Assembly: GCA_049517415.1 (NCBI GenBank)
Contig: JBEKSC010000006.1
Coordinates: 17,228 to 81,227, forward strand
Reading direction: 5' to 3'
Source: Candidatus Bathyarchaeia archaeon
GTDB taxonomy: Archaea > Thermoproteota > Bathyarchaeia > 40CM-2-53-6
Length of the DNA stretch: 64,000 nucleotides
Position numbers and translations under genes: made by a program. The notes beneath the pieces are model-generated. The model worked only from the letters and a program-made list of their open reading frames with translations. It had not been told where the DNA came from and did not search any database. This document shows positions 40,114 to 50,059 of this stretch, in pieces (the stretch's first letter is position 1; each line of letters opens with the position of its first letter).

Positions 40114-41298
40114 TCAGTCGCTCGAAGGGGCGACTGTTAAGGGCAGAGCTGTTCGAGGTTCCGCTGGTTCCTCAACTGTGGTCGGCCGACCCTTATCAAA
40201 AATCCTACGAATCCATTGTGTCACGTATGTTGATGGTAGCTCCCAGAGCATGACCCTCTTGCTGTGTCGCATCGAATCATACATGAAACAGATGTGTGTG
40301 CAAAAACATTGATCGAGCTCCACCTGACGTACTTCCATCTTCCGTTCCAGTGAACCCCAAAACTCTTTGAAATTCATCCCATAACGTCTTAGGTTTCCTA
40401 TGGGTTTTCGGAGTTCGCAGACCCTTACATCCCCATTGTAATCAATGACTACTGAGGTTTGACCTGCTGTGCATGGCATCTTCCACTTTGCGCGCTCAAC
40501 ATAATTCCGATATTGCGTCTCATAGCTGAAAGCGTACCCTGCCTTCCAATACGCCCTCATCAATGGATCCAGCAATGATTTCTTCCGCGAGGGTTTCGAG
40601 AGATATCGGAAATTAATCGGTAATACTTCTCGATAGATGCGTCCGAGCTTCTGTGGTTCTACTACTTGCAGCGCTGGGTCTTTTGGGTCTCCGCGTATGA
40701 CTTGGAAGTAGTGCCCATCGAGATCGCTTTTCTCCTGGAAAAAGCGGACCATCATTGCAATTTCATTTTGATTTTCCTGTGTAATGACCGAATTTATGTA
40801 GAGTGTGAAGTTGGGCCAATGAGTTCTCAGAGCTTGAAGTTCAGCGATTGTGGCGAGGGCCTTCTCGAAGTTTCCTTGGACTCCCCTAATCTTGTCGTGC
40901 GTCTCGCCGAGACCATCTATTGAAACGTCGATTTCAAGGTGAAGTTCGGGGCATGTATGCAGAACTTCTTTCACGACCTGGACAGTTTGGACGGTGGGGA
41001 GCCCATTGGTCGGGATGCGTACATCGCGAATCTTGTTGTTGCGGTAGAATAGTTGTATTATTCCAGCAAGGTCCTTTCTAAGGAAAGGTTCACCGCCGGA
41101 TACCCAAAGGTCGTGAAATTCAGGCATCGTTGATGAGAGTTTAGTTAATTCCTCAAATGTGAGGTCGCCCTTGCGGTTTAGTTCAAGCCAGTAGAAGCAT
41201 GTTCGGCATCTGGCGTTGCAGATAGAGGTTACAAAGAGGATGACTAGGTCAAGCTGTTTTACGAAGAGGGGTTTTACGAACGCTTCACGGTGAGGCAA
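40114..41298 (-). CDS. radical SAM/SPASM-Twitch protein
   Basis: CNARCRTC, SGGEPFLR, SIDG, PCTAG...GDVRVCE, CFCTHIC. Confidence 0.92.
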   Translation of the reverse strand: MPHREAFVKPLFVKQLDLVILFVTSICNARCRTCFYWLELNRKGDLTFEELTKLSSTMPEFHDLWVSGGEPFLRKDLAGIIQLFYRNNKIRDVRIPTNGLPTVQTVQVVKEVLHTCPELHLEIDVSIDGLGETHDKIRGVQGNFEKALATIAELQALRTHWPNFTLYINSVITQENQNEIAMMVRFFQEKSDLDGHYFQVIRGDPKDPALQVVEPQKLGRIYREVLPINFRYLSKPSRKKSLLDPLMRAYWKAGYAFSYETQYRNYVERAKWKMPCTAGQTSVVIDYNGDVRVCELRKPIGNLRRYGMNFKEFWGSLERKMEVRQVELDQCFCTHICFMYDSMRHSKRVMLWELPSTYVTQWIRRIFDKGRPTTVEEPAEPRTALPLTVAPSSD

Positions 41299-42493
41299 GC
41301 GGTTTCATTTCCGTCAACTTGTAAATCCGACCGCGCCATTCGATTTTACGGGTTCGGGCCGAATTAATTATGCAGTATGTCATAACCCAAGGAACAATAA
41401 GGCTTGTGATTGCTTCTTTGAATTTCGCTCTCCGGAATTCTTCTTTGAATTGTGGCATGGCTCGACTGAAAGTCGAGTTGCGCTGGGTGCTTCGCATCAT
41501 GCCTAGGAGGCATGGCGTGAAAAGCAAGGCTGATGGCACCAACCACAATGGGGCCATCATAACCCCACATACAAAGCTAATGAGGCCCAGCAGAAACACG
41601 AAATCGAAAAATGCGTAAGCTCCCGCCGCATAATTCCAGAGGCCCTCGTTGTAGACCTTAGTTAGAGCAGTCTGACGAGTCGTCCACCTTAGAAATTCGT
41701 GCCGGTCAGTTTGATTGAAAGTGGCGACGGTGCATTGGGGAAGAAATGTTGTTCGGTAACCATGCTTTCTTAATGCGGCGTTCAGGGCCAAATCGTCGCT
41801 GATTGCGGTGGACCATATGCGCCTAATGCCAATCTTATCAAGCGTTTCTGCCCTTACAGCCATCGCTCCACCCCAAGGGAAATTGTACCGGTCGTTGAAG
41901 AGCAGGTTCGTTCCAGAAGCGTTCCACGCCGACTCAGCGTAGGACCAAAATCCGCCCCGAGAGGGGAAGAGCCAACGAAAACCAGTTGTAGCTCCCACAG
42001 ACTCATCGCTGAGTGGATCAACTAGATTTCCAAGCCAAGTGGGCGTTACTCGTGCATCGCTATCTACAAAGGCGTAGACCTGCGCTTGTCCCAAATCTCG
42101 CGACAAAGCGGTTAGGAGCGCTGCAACCTTCCCACTAGCAGAGACCGCGGGATCTGAAGTGTAAATATGATCATTTCCATCCGAGCAACGCGACAATACT
42201 GACTTGGCTACGGCGTAAGCTGGGTCTTCAGTTGAATCAACAACAATTGCAGTGTGATAGTCATCGTACTTTTGGTGTAACACGGCTGCTAGGTTTTCTT
42301 CTAGACCTGGTTCTTCTCCTTTACACGCCATGATCAGGCAGACCCGGGGGCGAAAACCTAGCTGCGGCCTCGCAAGCGCCTCTGAGGCTTTACGGTCAAA
42401 TTCCAAACCCAAGTACAAAGAGTACAACGAAGCTGCGGCAGCCAGAAAACCAACTATGAGGAGGAAAACGTAAAGGCCCTCTCCAGGGGACAG
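41285..42493 (-). CDS. GT2 glycosyltransferase (ceramide glucosyltransferase/HpnI-like)
   Basis: KGEEPGL, SGKV, FVDSD, WGGAM, SDD, RWTTRQ. The frame extends to a CTG at 42493, adding an N-terminal TM. Confidence 0.88.
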   Translation of the reverse strand: MSPGEGLYVFLLIVGFLAAAASLYSLYLGLEFDRKASEALARPQLGFRPRVCLIMACKGEEPGLEENLAAVLHQKYDDYHTAIVVDSTEDPAYAVAKSVLSRCSDGNDHIYTSDPAVSASGKVAALLTALSRDLGQAQVYAFVDSDARVTPTWLGNLVDPLSDESVGATTGFRWLFPSRGGFWSYAESAWNASGTNLLFNDRYNFPWGGAMAVRAETLDKIGIRRIWSTAISDDLALNAALRKHGYRTTFLPQCTVATFNQTDRHEFLRWTTRQTALTKVYNEGLWNYAAGAYAFFDFVFLLGLISFVCGVMMAPLWLVPSALLFTPCLLGMMRSTQRNSTFSRAMPQFKEEFRRAKFKEAITSLIVPWVMTYCIINSARTRKIEWRGRIYKLTEMKPLASP

Positions 42494-42525
42494 AGGATAT
42501 CCCCACTAATGCTGGATATATGTAA

Positions 42526-42720
42526 CTAAGCTTCGATAACTTCGCATCTAATCTGTTTCAGCAACACGGCGGCTTGTTCCGGATCAATCTTGATTGTGTA
42601 CAGCTGACTAGCAGTTCTGAGCTTCAGTTTCACAATATCCTTCAGCCGTTTCACACGGCATTCTGTAGCTCGCTCTGAAATCTTCAAGAATTGTTCCGTG
42701 TCAGAAATCTCAGTCGGCAT
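42526..42720 (-). CDS. rpl38e: 50S ribosomal protein L38e
   Basis: MPxEIxDxxxFL...VK...VKLKLRT...LYT pattern of eL38. Confidence 0.8.
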   Translation of the reverse strand: MPTEISDTEQFLKISERATECRVKRLKDIVKLKLRTASQLYTIKIDPEQAAVLLKQIRCEVIEA

Positions 42721-42771
42721 TCTAGCTCGGCTCTCTAAGAAAGGTTGGGAGAATATAAACCTGAACAGAAT

Positions 42772-43617
42772 TCAGGGCGTGAAAATCAGCAGCTCTTCTT
42801 CGTATCGCCTTCCATTAACTATTGAACCGGGAGGTCTTCTCTCAACATGCCTTTTGGCAAGTAGCTCACCGAGTTTTCTGTCAGCCTCCTCGCGCGAAAT
42901 CGAGGGGTCGGTGAGCATCTTGAGTGGTACATCTACTCTGAGAGGGCGAGAGGGCATCACGTGGCGTGTTATTTTGTGAGGCAGGAGGTGCCCCGTGAGG
43001 CCGAATTCGCGAATTTGCTGTTTGCTGAAAATCGGCACAGAAATAATGAGATTCAGTTCGTTTGACTGCATTTTTTGCAGAGCAGTATCTTCCGGCGAGT
43101 AAGTCACAGCGTGTCCTTGCTTGACCATCGTTTTTTCGAGGCTTGCAGCCGTTCTTGCGAGTTGAACTGGGTCTATCGATTCAGGTAATGAGAACTCTGC
43201 ACTGGTTCTGGTTAATATGATAGTTTGAGAATCGTTGTTCATTTTCCCCAGCTCAACCTTTCGCGATGAGTAGTGTAGCCCAGCGTCTTTTAGCAGTCTT
43301 TCCGCGACTGTTTCAGCGTCGTCTACCGCGAAAAGCCTGAACCATGCTCCTACTTTGATTAGGGGGTTGTCGTAGTCGACCAGGCAGCAAGGAACGAAAC
43401 GACATTTTAGCAGCCTCAATGAGTTGAAGCGGTGCATTCCATCTAGAATCACATAATCTTCCTGATCAACGATCAGTGGATCTCGTAGTTCTCCCACTCT
43501 CAGAACATCATTCGCGAGTGATCCAACAACAGGGTCTATGACTTCTTCGTGCGGCTTGAGCTCGTCAAGGTTGACCATGGAAATTCTGAAACTCAGCTTT
43601 GACCCGCTAATTTCCAT
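42772..43617 (-). CDS. ParB/Srx-like N-terminal domain protein (SerK/SbnI-like)
   Basis: LKPHEE, PLIVD, ILDGMHR, PHKITRH. Confidence 0.75.
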   Translation of the reverse strand: MEISGSKLSFRISMVNLDELKPHEEVIDPVVGSLANDVLRVGELRDPLIVDQEDYVILDGMHRFNSLRLLKCRFVPCCLVDYDNPLIKVGAWFRLFAVDDAETVAERLLKDAGLHYSSRKVELGKMNNDSQTIILTRTSAEFSLPESIDPVQLARTAASLEKTMVKQGHAVTYSPEDTALQKMQSNELNLIISVPIFSKQQIREFGLTGHLLPHKITRHVMPSRPLRVDVPLKMLTDPSISREEADRKLGELLAKRHVERRPPGSIVNGRRYEEELLIFTP

Positions 43618-43759
43618 TCTTCAAGCCTCGCAGCAAGGTCGGTTGGAGTAGGCTGTAAGCGTTACTGACAAGTGTTCGGTTTGAAAAGGGCGGTAGGTCA
43701 GCAGAAGAAAGAGTAGGGGAAATAGTTCGAACTGTTCCAAACGCGTCCTAAGATGGATT

Positions 43760-43906
43760 CTACTTCGTGAACTTCGTCATCTTAGTGCCGCAAGTCGGGC
43801 ACGTCGCACGCATCATGTTGCGGCCCTTGGCAGTCTTTTCCATCGTGGTTTGATCGTCGGGCACAGTCTTCTTCTCCTTACATTTCACACAAAACATTTC
43901 GGCCAA
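43760..43906 (-). CDS. small basic zinc-binding protein (DUF5679-like, 48 aa, not in ORF track)
   Basis: MAEMFCVKCKEKK...KGRNMMRATCPTCGTKMTKFTK with a GGAGG RBS upstream. Confidence 0.85.
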   Translation of the reverse strand: MAEMFCVKCKEKKTVPDDQTTMEKTAKGRNMMRATCPTCGTKMTKFTK

Positions 43907-44112
43907 TGAACATTCCCTCCCCTTTCTCAATCGACTTGATGTTAGCGGATGGCGAAGCCATAAAAGGCTTTGCTAATTCAGACTAGAAGTCGCAACATTT
44001 CTAAACGAGCTATGTAAGTTTTGATTAGTCAAAAGCAATCCTGAAATTGAAACTCGCCAGAAACGATGGAACCATAAGCAAGTTAAGTTAAAACAGGGCG
44101 TTGGTTGATTGA

Positions 44113-45048
44113 ATGCCAGCTCGAAAGCTAATCTCAATTATCGGCACCGGAAAGTTGGGAAGCGCCGTCGCCCTGCAGGTCGCGCAGAGAGAACTAGGCG
44201 ACCTGAGACTTGTTGACATAATTCAGGGTCTTCCACAAGGAGAAGCCCTCGACCTTGGACAGATGGCAGCAGAACAAGGTGTAGATGTTGATGTTCTCGG
44301 GTCAAACGATTACAAAGACATTGCGGGCTCAGACGTCGTTGTCGTCATTGGCGGCTTAGGTAGAAAGCCGGGTATGACGAGGCTCGATCTGCAGGAGAAG
44401 AACGAAGTAATCATCCGAAGCATTGCCGAAAAGATCGTGGAATACGCTCCCAAAACATTAGTCTTGATGGTGACCAATCCGCTCGACGTGATGACCTACC
44501 TCGCTTGGAAAGTCACGGGATTCGATCCTTCTCGAGTCTTTGGCCAAAGCGGAATGCTGGACACGATGCGCTTCAAATATTTCATCGCGAAAGCACTGAG
44601 AGTCTCGACGAGTTCGGTTCAAGCCATGGTCATAGGTGAGCATGGCGATTCAATGGTTCCGCTGCCTAGGTATTCAACTGTGAACGGTGTTCCGATAACC
44701 GAGTTGCTCTCAGCCGCGGAAGTCAATGATGCCGTTGACCATACCAGGAAGATTGCTGCTGAAGTCATTGCGCTGAAGGGAGCAACGATTTACGCCCCCG
44801 CGAGCGGAATTGCGCGAATGGTTGAGACCATCATCAAGGACAAGAAGATGTTGTTATGCATGACAGCCCACTTGAATGGTCAATACGGACTCAAGGACGT
44901 GTATGTTGATGTTCCGGCGATTCTGGGCGCACACGGTGTCGAACGCGTAATTGAACTGAAGTTGAACCATGAGGAATCTGAAGCCTTTCAGAAATCTGTG
45001 GAAATTGTGAAGGCAGCCTGTGGCAATTTGAAAACGGTCAAGCCTTAG
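44113..45048 (+). CDS. mdh: malate dehydrogenase (LDH-like)
   Basis: IIGTGKLG, GRKPGMTRLDL, VTNPLD, LDTMR, GEHGDSM. Confidence 0.93.
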   Translation: MPARKLISIIGTGKLGSAVALQVAQRELGDLRLVDIIQGLPQGEALDLGQMAAEQGVDVDVLGSNDYKDIAGSDVVVVIGGLGRKPGMTRLDLQEKNEVIIRSIAEKIVEYAPKTLVLMVTNPLDVMTYLAWKVTGFDPSRVFGQSGMLDTMRFKYFIAKALRVSTSSVQAMVIGEHGDSMVPLPRYSTVNGVPITELLSAAEVNDAVDHTRKIAAEVIALKGATIYAPASGIARMVETIIKDKKMLLCMTAHLNGQYGLKDVYVDVPAILGAHGVERVIELKLNHEESEAFQKSVEIVKAACGNLKTVKP

Positions 45049-45050
45049 GT

Positions 45051-45824
45051 TCATTCCCGGCGAGCCCTAGCTACTCGGTTTGCTATTTGCGCGGCGACAA
45101 CGCCCGCGGCTATACCTGAGTCAATGTTTACAACCGATAGTCCAAGGGAGCACGCTTGAAGCATGGCCATTAATGCCGCTCGCCCTTTCCCACCATAACC
45201 GTAGCCCGACGAACTAGGGACAGCAATGAGGGGTATGTCGACTAGCCCCGCCACTACTGTCGGTAACGCCCCTTCGCGGCCCGCTACGACGATTAGGCAG
45301 TCAACGTTGTTCTTTACCATACTCGCCACTGGTTCGACCAATCGGTGGATGCCAGCGACTCCCGCGTCTGCTTCAAGAAAAGTTTCGCAACCCATTTCTT
45401 CCGCAATCACTGCTGCTTCTTCAGCGACTGGAAGGTCAACAGTTCCGGCAGTTATGATGCCGACCCGACCGCCAGTCTCGATTTTCTTGTGACCAGTATC
45501 ACTGATTACGATGGTTGCGGCGTGCGGTGGTTTTCTCACGTTATAATTACGGAAGTGTTCGCTTAATTTCTGTAGTTGCTGCTCGCTCACTCGGCTAACG
45601 ATCGCTCGACCATTTCTCGTAACCATGAGGTCGCAAATTTGAAGCAGGTCCCCGGTAGATTTTCCTTCAGCGAATATTATCTCGGGGACCCCGCGTCGAA
45701 CCATCCTTCCAATATCCAGCCGAGCTATCTTGGCAATATTCTCGATAGTATTGACTTTCAACGCCCTCTCAGCATCATCGACAGAGATTTCGCCCTTGTG
45801 TAGTTTCTCAAGAATTTCTCGCAA
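45051..45824 (-). CDS. larB: nickel-pincer cofactor biosynthesis protein LarB
   Basis: GVPEIIFAEGK, AGTVDLPVAEEA, DAGVAGIHR, AGREGAL, VVNID. Confidence 0.93.
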   Translation of the reverse strand: MREILEKLHKGEISVDDAERALKVNTIENIAKIARLDIGRMVRRGVPEIIFAEGKSTGDLLQICDLMVTRNGRAIVSRVSEQQLQKLSEHFRNYNVRKPPHAATIVISDTGHKKIETGGRVGIITAGTVDLPVAEEAAVIAEEMGCETFLEADAGVAGIHRLVEPVASMVKNNVDCLIVVAGREGALPTVVAGLVDIPLIAVPSSSGYGYGGKGRAALMAMLQACSLGLSVVNIDSGIAAGVVAAQIANRVARARRE

Positions 45825-45881
45825 GAATGTTCGCCAGCGTGGAAATGCCTAAGTACAAAGAGCTATGAGACGTAACATAAA

Positions 45882-46778
45882 ATGTTAACAGCAAACAAAC
45901 CCAATCGATCGAGAGAACTAGACCAGGATTTGGCGGGAATCCCACCAGCTCTTCGCATTAAGGCGGAAGAAGCAGTTGGGATAATCAGAGGGTTCGGCAA
46001 AGTGCTCGTCGCCTTTTCGGGCGGAATAGACAGCACACTTGTTGCACGCCTAGCGATGCTCGCAGTGGGCAAGAATGCTGTCGCCGTGACGGCCGACTCC
46101 CCAAGCCTTCCAACGGCGGAACTGGGGGAGGCTAGAAGCCTTGCTAAGGAAATTGGGATAGAGCACATCGTGATACGGACTGAGGAGCTTGACGATCCGA
46201 AATATGTTTCCAATCCAGCGAACCGATGCTACTTCTGCAAGAAGGAGTTGAGCGAGAAACTCAAATTGGTTGCAGCGGACCTTGGAATCTCGGTTATCGT
46301 TGATGGAACCAATGCGGATGACCTGTTCGCACATAGGCCAGGTGGAGCGGCACTAACTGAGGAAGGCGTTAGAAGGCCGTTGTCAGAGGTAGGGATGACG
46401 AAGATTGAAGTTAGGGAACTATCGAGACTACTCGGCCTGCCGAACTTCGATAAGCCCTCAATGCCATGCCTGTCTTCAAGAATCCAATATGGCCAACTCA
46501 TAACGCCGGAAAAGCTTGAACGCGTGGAAAAATCTGAGAACCTCATTCGCCAGCTGACAGGCGTGAGAGAGCTGCGTGTCCGAGATCACGGAAACCTTGC
46601 TAGAATTGAAGTTGGAGTAAATGAGCGTAAGCTCTTCTTCGATGAGGCCCTCCTCGAGAAAATCGGGAATGCATTGCGTGCCTTCGGTTTCAATTACGTC
46701 TCTTTAGATGTGTTCGGATATAGAACTGGAAGCATGAATGAGGCGTTGCTTTTCAAAAATAATGCCAAACAGGAATGA
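45882..46778 (+). CDS. larE: LarE family sulfur transferase
   Basis: AFSGGIDS, NPANRCYFCK, DGTNADD, RPG, PCLSSR, RVRDHG. Confidence 0.93.
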   Translation: MLTANKPNRSRELDQDLAGIPPALRIKAEEAVGIIRGFGKVLVAFSGGIDSTLVARLAMLAVGKNAVAVTADSPSLPTAELGEARSLAKEIGIEHIVIRTEELDDPKYVSNPANRCYFCKKELSEKLKLVAADLGISVIVDGTNADDLFAHRPGGAALTEEGVRRPLSEVGMTKIEVRELSRLLGLPNFDKPSMPCLSSRIQYGQLITPEKLERVEKSENLIRQLTGVRELRVRDHGNLARIEVGVNERKLFFDEALLEKIGNALRAFGFNYVSLDVFGYRTGSMNEALLFKNNAKQE

Positions 46779-46796
46779 GCGTTCTAGTTAGAAACT

Positions 46797-47111
46797 TCAG
46801 CCTCCGTGGGCAATGGGAAGAATCGCAACTTCGTCCTTCTCAGTAACCACGGTTTCCAACCCGCTCAAGGTGTTGATCTCGCGCCCAGAAATCATGATCA
46901 AAGCATTTGCCCTAGGGTCTGAGGTTCCGCTTTGCAACAAGAGTTGCTTTAGGCTTTCGAATTCTTTCCGGGAAACAAGTTGCATCAGCAGTGAACGGAC
47001 GGTCGGAGCTTCCCCAACTTCAAACAAAAGTTCATTCGTTCTAACGGCCGTCCTGAAGACACCATAGAACTTAAGGCGGATTTTCATTGCCACACCTGGT
47101 GATTCAATCAT
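46797..47111 (-). CDS. MoaD/ThiS (SAMP) ubiquitin-like protein
   Basis: Beta-grasp pattern with C-terminal PIAHGG. Confidence 0.9.
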   Translation of the reverse strand: MIESPGVAMKIRLKFYGVFRTAVRTNELLFEVGEAPTVRSLLMQLVSRKEFESLKQLLLQSGTSDPRANALIMISGREINTLSGLETVVTEKDEVAILPIAHGG

Positions 47112-47286
47112 TCCACTAGAGTAGACTAATTGGTGAAAACATGCGTATCAAAGGCCTTCGAGTAAATGAGTCATTTTTGCATTAGAAGCCCTAAATTTCT
47201 CGCTTCAGTTTTAACATGTAATGTTCACTTAATGTTAATTATCGTATTTCGAGAGGTTTGCTCATTGCGTTCAGTAGCTGATTCGT

Positions 47287-49797
47287 ATGCGTAAAAGAGG
47301 CTTTTCCACAGCGCTTGTTGCCCTTTCCCTAGTCCTTTTAGCGGCTTCCGTGGCACCCGCAAGCGCCCAACAGGGCGTTTGGAGGGACATCAACCCAACC
47401 GCGTACATCAGCCCCCCCGCTAATCCTCAACTGAATTCAGTTTACATGCTTTCATCAACCGAAGGTTGGTCAGTAGGCGACTCACGACTTACAACAAACA
47501 CTACGACTGGCCTACCTGCGATCTTCCACTATGATGGTTCTACTTGGAATCTGGTGCCAGCGCCAAAGTTTCCAGATTTCCCTTCACAACCATCAGCATA
47601 CAACTTAACGTCAATAAGTTTTGGACCGCCGGGTACTCCCATCAGCAGAAACGACGGGTGGACCGTAGGGTACAACAGCACCCTCACACCATGCAACTTG
47701 GATGATGCTTCGCAATGTACTGCCTCGAATGTCACGCCTAACGCAACGGCTCTCCATTGGGATGGCATAACTTGGAGACTTCAAACCGCTGGACTATCGG
47801 GCCTAAGCGCAGGCCCACTTTGGTCTGTCTCAATGGTGAGTTCCACGGACGCGTGGGCGGTGGGACAGACCGTCAATGGTAAAGCGGGAACTTTCTGGCA
47901 TTGGACAGGTGTGCCGGGACTTGGCGGGGGTTGGAACACTCCACAAGCACCTGTACCATCAGCGCTGTTCTCTGTTTTCATGGTAAGTGCCTCCGAGGGT
48001 TGGGCTGTTGGGGCTGCTGGTAAGATCTTCCACTACTTTGGGGGAACCTGGACATCGTTCCCCTCACCGGTCACTACGGCGCTTAGGTCTGTTTTCATGA
48101 TTAGCTCCACGGAGGGGTGGGCGGTGGGAGACGGAGGCGTAATAGTTCACTACGCGAGCGGGACTTGGACGGGGCCGGTTAGCCCCGGGACGACGACAAG
48201 TAATCTCTTCTCAGTCTTCATGGTATCCTCAACTCTGGGTTGGGGAGTCGGTGCCGCCGGTTCAATTCTCCTCTATTCAGGGGGGTCTTGGTCTGCCTTG
48301 CCGATTAACCTCATACCAACTTCTCCGACTCAGCTTTTCAATTTCACTTCAGCGTTCTTTAACACGGCCACCGACGGCTGGGGCGTAGGGACGGCCGGCG
48401 TAATTCTCCATTTCGACGGAGCGAACTGGGGTACCGTCACCAGCCCGACGTTGAACAATTTCACATCCATATCCTTCGGACCACCATTAGTTGGGCCTGC
48501 GAGTCCTAATGACGGATGGGCTGTTGGTAATTCATCGACGATAGCCCCATTCGAACCCACGATCTATCACTGGAATGGTTTCATGTGGACTAAGGGTTCG
48601 GCAATTGGGTCGACGAATGATCTGAATTCTGTTTACATGCTTTCAACTGGAGATGTGTGGACTGTGGGTGGTGGTCCTCGTTCTACTGCCTCGTGTTCAG
48701 CGTCGCTCTGCCCGGTGATATTGCATTACACAGGCGGTGCTTGGAACACTTTGACCCCTCCCCCTGGATCATATAGTTTGAAATCGGTTTTCATGGTCAG
48801 TTCCACGGAGGGTTGGTCCGTCGGGGAAGCCGCTAATCCCTCAGACGATGGCATGATTTTGCATTACACAGTTAGCGGTGGAGTTGGGTCTTGGGGGATC
48901 TTCCCAGGTTCGGCAACGAATGGTTATGGCATCCCGTTACCATCATTGAATTCAGTGTTCATGCTCGGTCCGAATGAGGGTTGGGCTGTCGGAGATAATG
49001 CCACAATATTGCACTACACGGTCACGGGGGGCATCGGAACGTGGAACTCACTAACTGTGAGTGGAAGTCCGGGGCTATCTCCTGACGCAAACCTTACCTC
49101 TATTTTCATGCTAAGCCCAACGAGCGGATGGGCAGTCGGTGGAATTCAGGCGGGAAGTTCATTTTCCGCTGGTCCAGTTATCCTATACTGGGACGGAACT
49201 AAGTGGACTCCGGTTGCAACGCCTACTATCCCTGGAGGAAGTTCACCAACCGGGATAACCAGTGCAACGCTGAAGTCCGTGTACTGCTCTGGACCTAATG
49301 ATTGTTGGACAGGAGGATTCCCGGGTAAGCTTCTCGCGACGCTCTTCCATTGGGATGGTGTGGCTTGGAATCAGGTTACGCTTTCACCTGCTCTACTCGG
49401 GCAGGACGCTTCGTTCCAAGGGGTGCCTCCCACCTTGACCTCAGTCTACATGATCTCGCCGACTGACGGCTTCATCGTCGGGTCAAGCCCTGGATTTGCA
49501 AGTCTCCCTACCAAGACATTGTCAACGGTACTGGAATTCGCGCCGTTCGGGGGCGTATTCTCGGAGACCTTGACCTCAACGATCGTTTCAACAGTCACGA
49601 CCTCAACCAGTCTCTTAACAAGCTCAACAGTGTCCACAGTTACGGGGCTTACTTCAACCACGAGCACGATCGTTTCGACTACTACGCCGCCAAGTGGAAT
49701 TCCAGGGTTCCCGGTCGAATCAATATTGGCGGGTGTAATTCTTGGACTCGTTGCGCTGGGCCTCCTAAGACGAGTGCGATCGAAACGAGTTAGGTGA
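47287..49797 (+). CDS. secreted beta-propeller-like repeat surface protein with PGF-like C-terminal anchor
   Basis: Signal peptide, repeated LxSVxMxSxxxGWAVG...H(W/Y)xG..W, Ser/Thr linker, IPGFPVESIL-TM-RRVRSKRVR. Confidence 0.85.
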   Translation: MRKRGFSTALVALSLVLLAASVAPASAQQGVWRDINPTAYISPPANPQLNSVYMLSSTEGWSVGDSRLTTNTTTGLPAIFHYDGSTWNLVPAPKFPDFPSQPSAYNLTSISFGPPGTPISRNDGWTVGYNSTLTPCNLDDASQCTASNVTPNATALHWDGITWRLQTAGLSGLSAGPLWSVSMVSSTDAWAVGQTVNGKAGTFWHWTGVPGLGGGWNTPQAPVPSALFSVFMVSASEGWAVGAAGKIFHYFGGTWTSFPSPVTTALRSVFMISSTEGWAVGDGGVIVHYASGTWTGPVSPGTTTSNLFSVFMVSSTLGWGVGAAGSILLYSGGSWSALPINLIPTSPTQLFNFTSAFFNTATDGWGVGTAGVILHFDGANWGTVTSPTLNNFTSISFGPPLVGPASPNDGWAVGNSSTIAPFEPTIYHWNGFMWTKGSAIGSTNDLNSVYMLSTGDVWTVGGGPRSTASCSASLCPVILHYTGGAWNTLTPPPGSYSLKSVFMVSSTEGWSVGEAANPSDDGMILHYTVSGGVGSWGIFPGSATNGYGIPLPSLNSVFMLGPNEGWAVGDNATILHYTVTGGIGTWNSLTVSGSPGLSPDANLTSIFMLSPTSGWAVGGIQAGSSFSAGPVILYWDGTKWTPVATPTIPGGSSPTGITSATLKSVYCSGPNDCWTGGFPGKLLATLFHWDGVAWNQVTLSPALLGQDASFQGVPPTLTSVYMISPTDGFIVGSSPGFASLPTKTLSTVLEFAPFGGVFSETLTSTIVSTVTTSTSLLTSSTVSTVTGLTSTTSTIVSTTTPPSGIPGFPVESILAGVILGLVALGLLRRVRSKRVR

Positions 49798-49804
49798 TGT
49801 CCGA

Positions 49805-49999
49805 ATGACCGAAATCAAAGAAATTGCTGAATATAGAATGGGTCGTCGGTCAAAGAGAATGGCTAACATAACAGCCACTCTCCCCGTTCAGCTTCTGGAT
49901 AAGGTTGATGAACTCATCGACGAGGACAGAGCCCCGTCTCGCTCATACATTATTAGAGAGGCGGTAAGGAAGTATCTTAAGGAGTTCGAGCGCACTTGA
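49805..49999 (+). CDS. CopG/ribbon-helix-helix regulator
   Basis: NITATLP...VDELI...SRSYIIREAVRKYL. Confidence 0.88.
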   Translation: MTEIKEIAEYRMGRRSKRMANITATLPVQLLDKVDELIDEDRAPSRSYIIREAVRKYLKEFERT

Positions 50000-50059
50000 C
50001 GTGTTCGTGTGGCACAGGACAACACTCAAATAGCATAAGATACACTTCGAATAATCGAT

